In this document: positions 26,613 to 35,929 of the stretch, piece after piece
How the letters are laid out: each line of letters starts with the position of its first letter
How positions within the stretch are numbered: the first letter of the stretch is position 1
DNA from: Bacteroidaceae bacterium
GTDB lineage: Bacteria > Bacteroidota > Bacteroidia > Bacteroidales > Bacteroidaceae
Assembly (NCBI GenBank): GCA_017620295.1
Contig: JAFZQR010000097.1
Location: 2,905 to 66,904, forward strand
DNA: 64,000 nt
Direction: 5' to 3'
Program-made: the position numbers and the translations under genes
The notes under the pieces: model-generated
What the model was told of the DNA's origin: nothing
Seen by the model: the letters and a program-made list of their open reading frames with translations, nothing else
Databases searched by the model: none

Positions 26613-28561
26613 TACTCGTCTGCAATCTGAGCTGCATACTCTGCCAGCCGGCGGTAGAAGGGCATGTGGCAGAGTGTTGACCTACTACCTATTATAATAA
26701 GCTTCATGCGTGCGCGAGTGATGGCTACGTTCATGCGGCGAAGGTCGCGAAGGAAACCGATGTTGCCTTCCTCGTTGCTGCGAACCAAGCTTATTACAAT
26801 CACATCGCGTTCCTGACCTTGAAAACCATCAACAGTGTTCACGCTGATAAGGCTTCGTAGCGGACGCCATTTGCGGTCGCGCCTCAGCATGCGTCGCAAC
26901 ATACCCACCTGCGCCTTGTAGGGGGATATGATACCGACATCGATGCGCTCATCCAGTATCCGCTCAACACCTATCTCATCAAAATACTGCCACAACGTGT
27001 CGAGTGTCAACTGTGCTTCGGCTGGGTTGACACGTGACACACCATTCATTGTCTCTAGATACGACACCTCGCCTGACTTAGCCTCGTCATAATCAATCCA
27101 TTCGATGGCGGTGTCCCAGTCAAGGATGCCACGGTACTTGACTTCGGGTGCACTCTGCAGCTTGCCACCATAGAACTCGCGGTTCGGAAACTGCATGATG
27201 GCATCGCACATACGGTACTGAACTGTAAGCAGCGACACCGCCTGAGGCTTCTGTTCAACAATGGATTGCATCAACGTGCGGTCAAGACCGCTGTGCATGG
27301 CCTCTGGAGATTTAATCGTGGGAGGCAGCTGACGGTGGTCGCCAGCCAACACCACGCGATGAACTTTCTGCATGGCTATCCAACAAGCGGCTTCAAGGGC
27401 TTGTGCTGCCTCATCGATGAAGAGGGTGGCGAACTTCATACCTGACAGCAGACGGTTGGCTGAACCTGTAAGGGTGCAGGCTATAACCCGTGCATCGTCG
27501 AAGATGCTCTGGTTGATGCTGTATTCCAGCTCGGTGGCGCGGTCGCGGAGCCGGGCAATCTTCTGATGGCGGCTATCACTGCTGCCGCTACGCGATGCAT
27601 ATACGTCCCTCAAGGCTTTGCGAACAGCCCATAGCTCTGTGTAGAGAGGGTGGCTCTCAAAACGACGCTCGTAGGTGAAGGAGAGCATCTTGTCGGTGAC
27701 GCGAGTGGGGTTGCCTATGCGCAACACACTGAGACCCCGGTCAACAAGTTTCTCTGAAATCCAGTCAACAGCCATGTTTGACTGAGCACACACAAGCACC
27801 TGGTTCTCGCGACGTAGCGTCTCATAGATGGCTTCGACAAGGGTCGTGGTCTTTCCTGTACCTGGAGGACCGTGAATGACAGCCACATCCTTTGCCCATA
27901 GCACTTCGTTCACAGCAGCCTGCTGTGAGGTGTTGAGCCAAGGAAAACTGGTGGGGGCAAAAGTGAACTTGGAGGTGGGAGCGGTGCTGTGGCAGATGTC
28001 GCGAAGTTCTGCCAAACGACCTGTCTTGGCATTGATGACAGCATCGAGAGCCTCAAACATCAGGCGATAGGTGAGTTCATCGAAGTAGAGCTGAACACCA
28101 AGCCTGTAGGCTTCCTGCAACTGTGCCAAAGCATCAGCACTGGGCAATACCACGACCATGCGGTTCTCTTCCACATAGCTCACCTGCGCTACAAATTTCA
28201 TGTAGTGGAGCATACCTCCTGTGCCGTGCCTGTAGCCGGATGCATCCTCCGTAAAGAAACAGACAGGCTTGTTCGGTTCAAATTGGTGGTCATCGTCGCT
28301 GAAGGCTGTATCGTCCTGCACTGACTTGTCCGATGGCGCATCACATCTGAATACCTCAACCACTAGCTGGTCGAGTGAGTTGTTGTAGCTGCGGCCAACA
28401 GTGAGAGGAAACCATGCTACCCCTTGACGCACTTTCTTGTCTATGCCTGTTGCCTCCGTGAGTCGCTGGAACTGCTCCTTCTCGTAAGCATACTCCATCT
28501 GCAAGGCTGTCCGCTGCTGCTGGAGAAGAACAATAGGACTCGAGGGTGGGGCAGAGGACAT
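26609..28561 (-). CDS. Superfamily 1B helicase, Upf1/IGHMBP2-like (AAA_11/AAA_12)
   Basis: Motifs HGPPGTGKTTT, FIDEAAQALE, LAGDHRQLPPT, TVDGFQGQERDVIVISLVRSN and NVAITRARMKL. I prefer the start at 28561 (MSSAPPSS); the track start at 28663 overlaps ispF by 98 nt. Confidence 0.85.
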   Translation of the reverse strand: MSSAPPSSPIVLLQQQRTALQMEYAYEKEQFQRLTEATGIDKKVRQGVAWFPLTVGRSYNNSLDQLVVEVFRCDAPSDKSVQDDTAFSDDDHQFEPNKPVCFFTEDASGYRHGTGGMLHYMKFVAQVSYVEENRMVVVLPSADALAQLQEAYRLGVQLYFDELTYRLMFEALDAVINAKTGRLAELRDICHSTAPTSKFTFAPTSFPWLNTSQQAAVNEVLWAKDVAVIHGPPGTGKTTTLVEAIYETLRRENQVLVCAQSNMAVDWISEKLVDRGLSVLRIGNPTRVTDKMLSFTYERRFESHPLYTELWAVRKALRDVYASRSGSSDSRHQKIARLRDRATELEYSINQSIFDDARVIACTLTGSANRLLSGMKFATLFIDEAAQALEAACWIAMQKVHRVVLAGDHRQLPPTIKSPEAMHSGLDRTLMQSIVEQKPQAVSLLTVQYRMCDAIMQFPNREFYGGKLQSAPEVKYRGILDWDTAIEWIDYDEAKSGEVSYLETMNGVSRVNPAEAQLTLDTLWQYFDEIGVERILDERIDVGIISPYKAQVGMLRRMLRRDRKWRPLRSLISVNTVDGFQGQERDVIVISLVRSNEEGNIGFLRDLRRMNVAITRARMKLIIIGSRSTLCHMPFYRRLAEYAAQIADEY

Positions 28562-28565
28562 GGGC

Positions 28566-29042
28566 TTAAGCTTTCTCAATAAGGCACACGGCGTAGGCTG
28601 AGATACCTTCCTGACGACCGGTAAAACCGAGCTTCTCGGTGGTTGTAGCTTTGATTGACACACAGTCGGCGTCTATGCCAATAACTTCGGCAAGGCACTG
28701 CTGCATGGTGGGTATGTGTGGGTTGAGCTTTGGTCTTTCAGCACAGACGGTGCTGTCGATGTTGACAACCTTATAGCCTCTGGTCGCTATCAGTTCTATT
28801 GTCTTTCGTAGGATTATCTTGCTGTCCATGCCTTCCGTCTCAGCAGATGTGTCGGGAAAATGATAGCCAATGTCGCGCATATTGGCAGCTCCCAGCAGGG
28901 CATCGCAGATGGCGTGGATCAGAACGTCTGCATCGGAGTGGCCCAGCAGACCGAGTGTGTGTTCAAGCTTGATACCTCCAAGCCATAAATCGCGTCCTTC
29001 CACAAGCTGGTGGACATCGAAACCGAAACCAATACGAACCAT
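28566..29042 (-). CDS. ispF: 2-C-methyl-D-erythritol 2,4-cyclodiphosphate synthase
   Basis: MVRIGFGFDVHQL...GHSDADVLIHAICDALLGA are classic IspF motifs. The track start at 29057 is TTG; the ATG at 29042 is preferred. Confidence 0.9.
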   Translation of the reverse strand: MVRIGFGFDVHQLVEGRDLWLGGIKLEHTLGLLGHSDADVLIHAICDALLGAANMRDIGYHFPDTSAETEGMDSKIILRKTIELIATRGYKVVNIDSTVCAERPKLNPHIPTMQQCLAEVIGIDADCVSIKATTTEKLGFTGRQEGISAYAVCLIEKA

Positions 29043-29102
29043 GAACGTATTTGACAATTTAACAATTTACAATTTAAGGATTTTGCTGGCGCGATGCATC
29101 TC

Positions 29103-30296
29103 TTATCTCCTTTGTCCGAACAGATCCTGTATTCCGTCGAGGTCAAAGGCCAGGGTGAAGCGCATTGTCTGGTCGAGAGGGTTGGATTGTGCTGTTGAGA
29201 AAACGTACGATGCATCGAGTGAGAACACATTCATCTTGAAGCCTGCTCCTGCCGTAAGGTACTTGCGGTTACCTTTGTTGGCACTCTCATCGTGGTAGCC
29301 GGCACGAAGGAAAAACCTGTCATTGTAGGAGTACTCCAGGCCTGCACTCAGCTGTATCTCCTCCAGTTCTTCCTGGAAGCCGTTGGGCGCATCTGAGAAA
29401 CTCTTGAAGATACCAGCAATAGGCGACACGTCATAGTAGTCGCGGATAACACGCTGGTTGTAGCTCTCTGTGGTTTCATCGCCTTCGAGCTTGGGGTAGG
29501 TCGGGACGAGCAGCTTGTTGGCATCGGCTGCTATGGACAGACGATTGTATTCGTCAAAGGGAATGGTGAGGTTCATGCCGAGGCGCAGGTTGGTAGGGAT
29601 GAACTCTGAGTTGTCGTCGCCTCCGTATGAAATCTTCGAGCCGATGTTGCTGATGTTCAGACCTATGCCAAGACCGCATTCGCGCCCGAACATCATGTAG
29701 TAGTTGTTGTAATACATGGCAATATCTGCTGCAAAGGCTGTGCCGGCAGAACTCTCGGAAGAGTAGTCGTAGGTGATGTCGGAATATATGAACCTCATGC
29801 CTACAGCCATAGAGAATGTCTCGGACAGCATACGTGAGTAGGCTACATCCACTGCCATCTCGTAGGGGTTAATAGTCATGCCATCTGCCATGCCTGTGCT
29901 GCTGTTGTAGCCAAGTGACACCTCACCGAGCGAGAAATAGCGCAGCGAGCCGCTGATGGCACTGTAGTCGCCGATGCGGTAGAAACCCGCAACCTGCGCG
30001 AGGTTGATGTCGTTCACCAGCTTGCGGAGCCAAGGTGTGTAGGACAGTGCAACTCCTGTACGACCTACACAGAACGGGTATTTTGCAGGGTTCCAGTATT
30101 GTGAGTTGACGTCGGCCTCGGTTGCAGCGCCCACATCGCCCATACCGCCACCACGTGCATCGGGGGCAATGGCCAGTGAAGTCACGCTGTAGGTGACAGG
30201 GTTGAACATATTCTTCTTGTCCTGAGCTGTGGCCGACAGGACTACTGTCACCGCAAACAGGAACATTGTGGCTCTCAAAAGTCTGTTATGTGTCAT
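29103..30296 (-). CDS. porV: Type IX secretion system outer-membrane protein PorV (LptO)
   Basis: Signal peptide, then NPVTYSVTSLAIAPDARGGGMGDVGAATEADVNSQYWNPAKYPF, typical of PorV. About 400-aa barrel located immediately downstream of porU. Confidence 0.85.
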   Translation of the reverse strand: MTHNRLLRATMFLFAVTVVLSATAQDKKNMFNPVTYSVTSLAIAPDARGGGMGDVGAATEADVNSQYWNPAKYPFCVGRTGVALSYTPWLRKLVNDINLAQVAGFYRIGDYSAISGSLRYFSLGEVSLGYNSSTGMADGMTINPYEMAVDVAYSRMLSETFSMAVGMRFIYSDITYDYSSESSAGTAFAADIAMYYNNYYMMFGRECGLGIGLNISNIGSKISYGGDDNSEFIPTNLRLGMNLTIPFDEYNRLSIAADANKLLVPTYPKLEGDETTESYNQRVIRDYYDVSPIAGIFKSFSDAPNGFQEELEEIQLSAGLEYSYNDRFFLRAGYHDESANKGNRKYLTAGAGFKMNVFSLDASYVFSTAQSNPLDQTMRFTLAFDLDGIQDLFGQRR

Positions 30297-30314
30297 GATT
30301 TGTTTTGTGCTTTA

Positions 30315-33300
30315 TCAGCGTCGGTTTATCACTATCTTTTTTGTTTCGGAAGTTTCCTCGGATTCATCACAGCTCACTCTTACCCTGTAGAGGTAGATGC
30401 CGCTGCCAAGGGCCTTGCCGCCTGCGGTGGTCAAGTCCCATCCTATGGTGTAGATTCCGTTCTGGTTACTGCCTTCCAAACTCTGCTGCCACAGGAGGCG
30501 TCCTGTGAAGTCGAAGATGTCGAGGGTGAAGTTGCAGATGCTGCCAGGACGGTCGTAGCTGATTACAAACTGTGTGTAGGTGGTGGCGGGGCTGTTGGTG
30601 GCAGCGAGGTTCAGTATGCTTGTCTTCAGCGAAGGGTCAACCACAAAGTTAAGTGTTGTGCTACTCGTGTTGTTGAGCATATCCCATGCACGGAAGAGCA
30701 GTGAGTGGGTGCCAGCAGTGAGTGTGGGCAGGGAGAACGCTACTGTGCCGCTGCTGTAGTCGCCTAGTGTGTTGGTGAAGTAATCGTTGAGGATATAGGT
30801 CGTGGAGGGGTTGTTATCCACGATAAGCTCAAGGTTGTGGCCAAGACTGCTGTCAGAGGTGTTGATGCCACTCTCATCGTGTAGGTATGCAACAAAGTAG
30901 GGCGTAGCGCCAACGGTACCTCCATCTGTGAAGTCCTCGTTGCCCAGCCAAGCCGTGATGTCTGGTCCTGTGATGTCGGTGAGATTGTCCTGCGTACCTC
31001 CAATGTGGAAGCTCTCGTCATATCCGCTGGCCTCAGTATGGCGGTCATTAGAAATCGCATAGAACAGGATGCGTCCAGTCTCATTGCTGTAGCTCATGTC
31101 TATAGGCATGGGACAGGTGATGCTGAAGGTGCCGTTGCTGATGCTGTCAGTTCCGTTGTAGAGTATCTTGTCGAAAGTAGAGAACGTGAACGGTGTGAGG
31201 TTCTTCTCGTTGGCGTTGTTGAGGCATGTGATGGTGTTCTGACTGTCAAAGAGACGTGCTGAGAGGGTGCCGTTGAAGTCTGTGAGAGGACTGTTGTCGG
31301 CGGCTGCCAAATGACCAGAGAAGCGGTTGCGGCTACCTGCCTTCAGGGTGTAGCCTGCTGGGAGATCGCTGAGAGCTATACCATTGATGCTGTCAAGGAT
31401 AACGTAGTTGCTCACGCTACCAAGCTTGAGAGCGGGGTCGCCAAGTAGGGCGTAGTGGAGCTTGTTGACGGGATGTACGCCGTCGGTGCCTCCGTCTATG
31501 ACAGTGAGCTTGGCAATTCTCACGGCATCGCCAATGCGGTTGGCACGCCCTTGGTTGTCGCTGTTGAACACAGCGCGACAGAAGGCACGGTTCATGTATA
31601 GGTTGTTGTCGGCATAGACGGTGCGGGTAGTGCCGAAGAACGCGATGGCTGCACCGCTCTCGTTGAGCATGGCCGTCTCACCGATGTTGTCTTTCTGGGT
31701 GTCGAATGGCATAACGTCGCAGGCGGCTGTCACCCATAGCGGGGTGCGTGGCGAGCTGAACTTGGTGAAATCCTCTATGCGCAGCACCTGCTCATGGCTC
31801 AGACAGTAGGTGGCGGCATGCCCTGTGTAGTTCATCATGACGGCCCCTTCCTCCATCTGGTCGCGGATAATCTGTTCTACTGAGGGGTAGCGGTTGCCTG
31901 ATGATGAACTCTGCCGCTTATAGGCATCCCACATCACCTTGCGTACCTCCAGTTGAGGATGCAGGTTGGCCACTATGTTGGCCACATCATCGGCATAGCG
32001 CAGGTGTTCGTTGCGGTCGCCGTCGTCACCAAGGAACGACACAACGTTCTTCCATGCACCAGCCTGGCTTCCTTCCACGTAGGATACAATCTTGTTGACC
32101 ATTGCTGTTGCCTCGGTTGCTGAACGCACAGGCAGACGCCCCACACCAACGTCGGTCTTGTCTTCGGGAAGGTAGTCGCCCTCACCATCGTCAAGCAAGC
32201 CGAAGTAGTCTTCCATCACATAGCATTGGGTGTCGCTTATTGAGTTCTCACTCTCGAAGGCCAGAAGGAAGTTGTCGGGATTGTAGTTGCGCCATGCAAC
32301 GGAGTACATGCGGTTGTCCCATGCGGCATCACCGAAGAGTAGCAAGTAGCGGGGCGCGTCATCGTCTGTTGAAGCTCTGTCATAGAGCATCTTCAGATAG
32401 TGGCGGTAGGCTGTGGCATCGGGTGTGCCAGAAGAAAACTCGTTGTATATTTGATCGGCTCTGACCACTTTCACTCTGAGGTTGTCCCATTGTGTGTGGA
32501 GGTCGGCCAGGGCTTGTGCCTGTTGGTCGAAGATACCGCTGGCTGGGGTGATGATTACCATGTCAATCAGGCTGTCGGCATGCAAATCCTGATTGGCTAT
32601 GCTACTGGCATAGTCGGGTTGTGGAAAGGCTGTTGCTGCATTGGCATCAAACACGATGTAGCTGTGTTCAATGCCATCATGAGGCACTATAGCTTCAAAA
32701 TAGTGGTGAACGCTGCCGTCGGCTTCGGTGACATCGCGTGTAGTGCCTGTGAAGCTAACAGCGAGACCGCTGTATTCGTCCACCCGCCACAACTGGGGCT
32801 TCTGTCCTGTGCTGTACTCTATGCTGAACAGAGCGGGACCATCATTGGTTTGATGCTTGAACATGAACGATGATGCGTCCTGGCCCAACTTCATCAAACC
32901 TGTATAGATAAGGTCTATGTAGTTCAGTCGTGCGTGTTGTCCGTCCTGCGATTTGATACGTACCACGTTGGATTGTGACGGTGATGCTACGGTGAAGGTC
33001 TTGACAACCTGCTGGGCATACTCGTAGCTGCCGAGCTTGTTGCATGTGAAGGTTGTCAGCTGTGTGCCGTTGAACGAGGGCGTGACGGATGTGGATGTGC
33101 TGTTGGCAGCAGAGAATGCTATCCGTAGCGTGGCTGTTCCAACGTCGGCGTAGGTGGGCAATGTCAGCGTGTAGCTGCGTGAACTGCCAGTGGCATAGTC
33201 GTAGTTCTCAAAGAGTTGTCGTCCGCCCTGGAACCATGCATACTCATCGGGGTCGAAGGTTGTGAAAGCCTTGAAGGTGTTGACCGTCTCTGGTGTAGCT

Positions 33301-34133
33301 GTGACTGTCAGCGTCTGGTCGGCTGCGGTGATGATGTCTGGCTGACCCTCGGTGATGAAGTATGAAGCTGTTCGTGCATAGTGGTTCACGCTGTGAATGT
33401 TGTTCTGCCATGTCATGAGTCCGTTGGCGAAGAACAGGTAGCCACCGTCAACAGCCATCAGGGCTACAGGCTGGAGATCGTCGTGCAGTGTGGCTTCGTT
33501 GAACACCTCAGGCATGAGATGGCCTCCATGACCATATACCCGTATGTTCTGTGGATTGGCAAAGCCCATGCTACTCAAGGCTGAGTGTGACAGATAGTAG
33601 ATGCCGTCGTCTGTAAGCGTCACCTTGACCCATTGGCCGCTTGCCAGCACGCTGCTCTTTGCCCAGCGCGGAGCTGTCTCACCGCTGCCGTCAGCTCTGT
33701 GCCTGATGTTTCGTGCCTGTGGTTTGAGGGTGGGCAGGATGCTTATCTTGCAGCTTAACAGCTTCCAGTATGTGCCTTCTCGGTAGATTATTGGTATGAA
33801 GCTTATGTCCAGCAGCCCTCTCTTACGACTTACGCCCACGTGAGAGTAAATGCGCAGAGTATCGGCCAGTTGGTCGGTATGCTGCATCGCCACCTTGACT
33901 TCATCGGCTGTGAGAGGCTCCCATTCGGGATATGTTACTTCCACGCGATAATCATGGAGACGATAGTCGCTTTCCAAGGGTACAACCTCGGTGTAGCAGG
34001 GCAGTACGCTGTCTATGCGCAACTCTTGCCAATCCAGTTGTGTGAACTGGGCAAAAGCCGCTATGTGTGCCAGCATAAATGCTAGCACCATGCCAATGCG
34101 CTTCCTGCCTGCTATATGGATATGTTTGTACAT
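30315..34133 (-). CDS. porU: Type IX secretion system C-terminal signal peptidase/sortase PorU (gingipain C25-like)
   Basis: 1272 aa with a signal peptide, conserved porU-porV adjacency, and its own C-terminal beta-sandwich tail (...GIYLYRVRVSCDESEETSETKKIVINRR). Confidence 0.8.
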   Translation of the reverse strand: MYKHIHIAGRKRIGMVLAFMLAHIAAFAQFTQLDWQELRIDSVLPCYTEVVPLESDYRLHDYRVEVTYPEWEPLTADEVKVAMQHTDQLADTLRIYSHVGVSRKRGLLDISFIPIIYREGTYWKLLSCKISILPTLKPQARNIRHRADGSGETAPRWAKSSVLASGQWVKVTLTDDGIYYLSHSALSSMGFANPQNIRVYGHGGHLMPEVFNEATLHDDLQPVALMAVDGGYLFFANGLMTWQNNIHSVNHYARTASYFITEGQPDIITAADQTLTVTATPETVNTFKAFTTFDPDEYAWFQGGRQLFENYDYATGSSRSYTLTLPTYADVGTATLRIAFSAANSTSTSVTPSFNGTQLTTFTCNKLGSYEYAQQVVKTFTVASPSQSNVVRIKSQDGQHARLNYIDLIYTGLMKLGQDASSFMFKHQTNDGPALFSIEYSTGQKPQLWRVDEYSGLAVSFTGTTRDVTEADGSVHHYFEAIVPHDGIEHSYIVFDANAATAFPQPDYASSIANQDLHADSLIDMVIITPASGIFDQQAQALADLHTQWDNLRVKVVRADQIYNEFSSGTPDATAYRHYLKMLYDRASTDDDAPRYLLLFGDAAWDNRMYSVAWRNYNPDNFLLAFESENSISDTQCYVMEDYFGLLDDGEGDYLPEDKTDVGVGRLPVRSATEATAMVNKIVSYVEGSQAGAWKNVVSFLGDDGDRNEHLRYADDVANIVANLHPQLEVRKVMWDAYKRQSSSSGNRYPSVEQIIRDQMEEGAVMMNYTGHAATYCLSHEQVLRIEDFTKFSSPRTPLWVTAACDVMPFDTQKDNIGETAMLNESGAAIAFFGTTRTVYADNNLYMNRAFCRAVFNSDNQGRANRIGDAVRIAKLTVIDGGTDGVHPVNKLHYALLGDPALKLGSVSNYVILDSINGIALSDLPAGYTLKAGSRNRFSGHLAAADNSPLTDFNGTLSARLFDSQNTITCLNNANEKNLTPFTFSTFDKILYNGTDSISNGTFSITCPMPIDMSYSNETGRILFYAISNDRHTEASGYDESFHIGGTQDNLTDITGPDITAWLGNEDFTDGGTVGATPYFVAYLHDESGINTSDSSLGHNLELIVDNNPSTTYILNDYFTNTLGDYSSGTVAFSLPTLTAGTHSLLFRAWDMLNNTSSTTLNFVVDPSLKTSILNLAATNSPATTYTQFVISYDRPGSICNFTLDIFDFTGRLLWQQSLEGSNQNGIYTIGWDLTTAGGKALGSGIYLYRVRVSCDESEETSETKKIVINRR

Positions 34134-34149
34134 TTACTAGCTTGTTGGC

Positions 34150-34779
34150 TTATTTTACATTGAAGGATAGCAGGTGTTGGTCTTCTATCCATCCGTCGAG
34201 GTGGTCGTCTATGCTTACAGGTCCCACCCCTGCAGGTGTGCCGGTGAAGATTAGGTCGCCCATCTTCAGGGTGAAGTAGCGGCTTATGTAGCTCACTATC
34301 TCATCTACGGTGAACAGCATGTCGGCTGTGTGTCCGCTCTGTACTGTCTGCCCGTCGATGTCCAGATGGAAATGCACATCCTGTATTGGACGCTGCAGCT
34401 TGTTCAGTTCTATGAATTGTCCTACAGCAGCCGACCCATCGAAACCCTTACAGATGTCCCACGGCAGACCCTTGCTGCACAGCTGCCTCTGCAGGTCGCG
34501 GGCCGTGAAGTCTATTCCTACTGTCACAGCATCGTAGTAGCGGTGGGCAAACCTCTGCGATATGCTTCGGCCAAGACGACATATCCTCACCACTAGCTCC
34601 GTCTCATAGTCGCATTGTGACGTGAAGTCGGGGATGAAGAATGGCTTGCCACCTGTGAGCAATGCCGAGTCGGCCTTGGTGAACACCACGGGTTCTGACG
34701 GTCTTTCCTTATATATTAACGTTTCACCCAACTCTTTATTGTGTAAGGCATAGTTCATGCCTATTCCAAATATCTTCAT
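34150..34779 (-). CDS. Fumarylacetoacetate hydrolase (FAH) family protein
   Basis: 209 aa. ELVVRI..., then the C-terminal GDLIFTGTPAGVG motif characteristic of FAH-family hydratases/isomerases. Confidence 0.8.
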   Translation of the reverse strand: MKIFGIGMNYALHNKELGETLIYKERPSEPVVFTKADSALLTGGKPFFIPDFTSQCDYETELVVRICRLGRSISQRFAHRYYDAVTVGIDFTARDLQRQLCSKGLPWDICKGFDGSAAVGQFIELNKLQRPIQDVHFHLDIDGQTVQSGHTADMLFTVDEIVSYISRYFTLKMGDLIFTGTPAGVGPVSIDDHLDGWIEDQHLLSFNVK

Positions 34780-34801
34780 TTATATCGTTTTTTGTCGGCT
34801 G

Positions 34802-34809
34802 CAAAGGTA
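34802..34809 (-). promoter_or_regulatory. -7 box (TACCTTTG on minus strand) for the FAH-family gene
   Basis: Plus-strand caaaggta at 34802-34809, 22 nt upstream of the ATG at 34779. Confidence 0.4.
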
Positions 34810-34829
34810 GCGCATTTATGGCCAAACAC

Positions 34830-34871
34830 CTAAAGAAAGAGGATGAGACTTTGCGAATATGTCTCATCCTC
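34830..34871 (-). terminator. Intrinsic terminator after the cdaA/small-ORF unit
   Basis: Perfect 11-bp inverted repeat gaggatgagac (34839-34849) / gtctcatcctc (34861-34871) with an 11-nt loop. On the minus strand it is followed by UUUCUUU. Confidence 0.55.
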
Positions 34872-34925
34872 CAAGGTAGTTTTACTCATATATAGGCGGG
34901 AACAAGGCCTCTTACGGCGGTACCC

Positions 34926-35105
34926 TTATTCCTCGCTCACTGAATTGCCTCTTATGGCATTGTAGATAGCTTTGATAATCTTGTAAGCCAACCAGAATAC
35001 GAACAGGAACGCCGCCAGGCAAATGCCTACTGCTTGAAGAGCTGTCACTCCAGTGCCAAAGCCGCTGATGAGAAAGCCCATGAATCCGCTTTTGAATGAT
35101 GACAT
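34926..35105 (-). CDS. Unlisted 59-aa hydrophobic small protein (predicted membrane protein)
   Basis: Below the track's 60-aa cutoff. Hand translation gives MSSFKSGFMGFLISGFGTGVTALQAVGICLAAFLFVFWLAYKIIKAIYNAIRGNSVSEE, from ATG 35105 to TAA 34926-34928. It lies between cdaA and the terminator. Confidence 0.5.
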   Translation of the reverse strand: MSSFKSGFMGFLISGFGTGVTALQAVGICLAAFLFVFWLAYKIIKAIYNAIRGNSVSEE

Positions 35106-35161
35106 AGTTGTTAGGTTTAGGAAATTAATAATAGATGTGTTGGATTAAAGTCTTGAATGTG

Positions 35162-35929
35162 TTATACTGTGTCTTCCGTAAGGATGCGTTCTAGGTCTTC
35201 TGCAGTTATGCGTAGCTGGAAGGTGCCTCGGAATGCAACGGAGATGTTGCCTGTTTCCTCGCTGACAACTATGGCTATGGCATCGGTCTCCTGTGATATA
35301 CCCATAGCAGCACGGTGGCGAAGTCCTAGCTCCTTAGGCAGGTCCATGTCGTGGGACACTGGCAGTATGCAGCCCGCTGCTGTGATGCGCTTGTGGGAGA
35401 TAATCATGCCTCCGTCGTGCAATGGCGAGTTCTTGAAGAAAATGTTCTCAATGAGGCGTTGGGAGATGCGGGCATCCACCAGCTCCCCAGTGCGGATGAA
35501 GTCGTTAAGGGGAAGGCTGCGCTGTATTACAATCAAAGCTCCGACCTTCTGTTTAGACATGGAATTGCATGCCAGAACAATAGGCAGAATGTCATCGCGT
35601 GAGCTGCCTTGCTGTTGTTCGCCACGGAAGAACCGAATCAGAGTGCGCACTCTGCGGTGGGTGCCGATGTTGTAGAGGAAATGACGTATGTCATCCTGGA
35701 AGAGGATGAGAATGGCGATGGCTCCCACGCTGACCACTCGGTCAAGCAGTGAGCCTAACAGGCGCATCTCCAGTATCTGCGACACGAAGAGCCACAGCAC
35801 AATGAAAGTTAATACGCCGAAGAATATGTTGAGCGAACGCGACTCCTTCATCAGGCGGTAGCTGTAGTAGAGCAATACCGCCATGAGTAGTATATCGATG
35901 ATGTCGATTAGGCCGAATGAGAAAAACAT
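35162..35929 (-). CDS. cdaA: Diadenylate cyclase CdaA (c-di-AMP synthase)
   Basis: Three N-terminal TM helices plus DAC-domain motifs LHDGGMII and LGLRHRAAMGISQETDAIAIVVSEETGNISVA. The ATG at 35929 (MFFSFGLIDI) is preferred over the track start at 36070. Confidence 0.9.
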   Translation of the reverse strand: MFFSFGLIDIIDILLMAVLLYYSYRLMKESRSLNIFFGVLTFIVLWLFVSQILEMRLLGSLLDRVVSVGAIAILILFQDDIRHFLYNIGTHRRVRTLIRFFRGEQQQGSSRDDILPIVLACNSMSKQKVGALIVIQRSLPLNDFIRTGELVDARISQRLIENIFFKNSPLHDGGMIISHKRITAAGCILPVSHDMDLPKELGLRHRAAMGISQETDAIAIVVSEETGNISVAFRGTFQLRITAEDLERILTEDTV

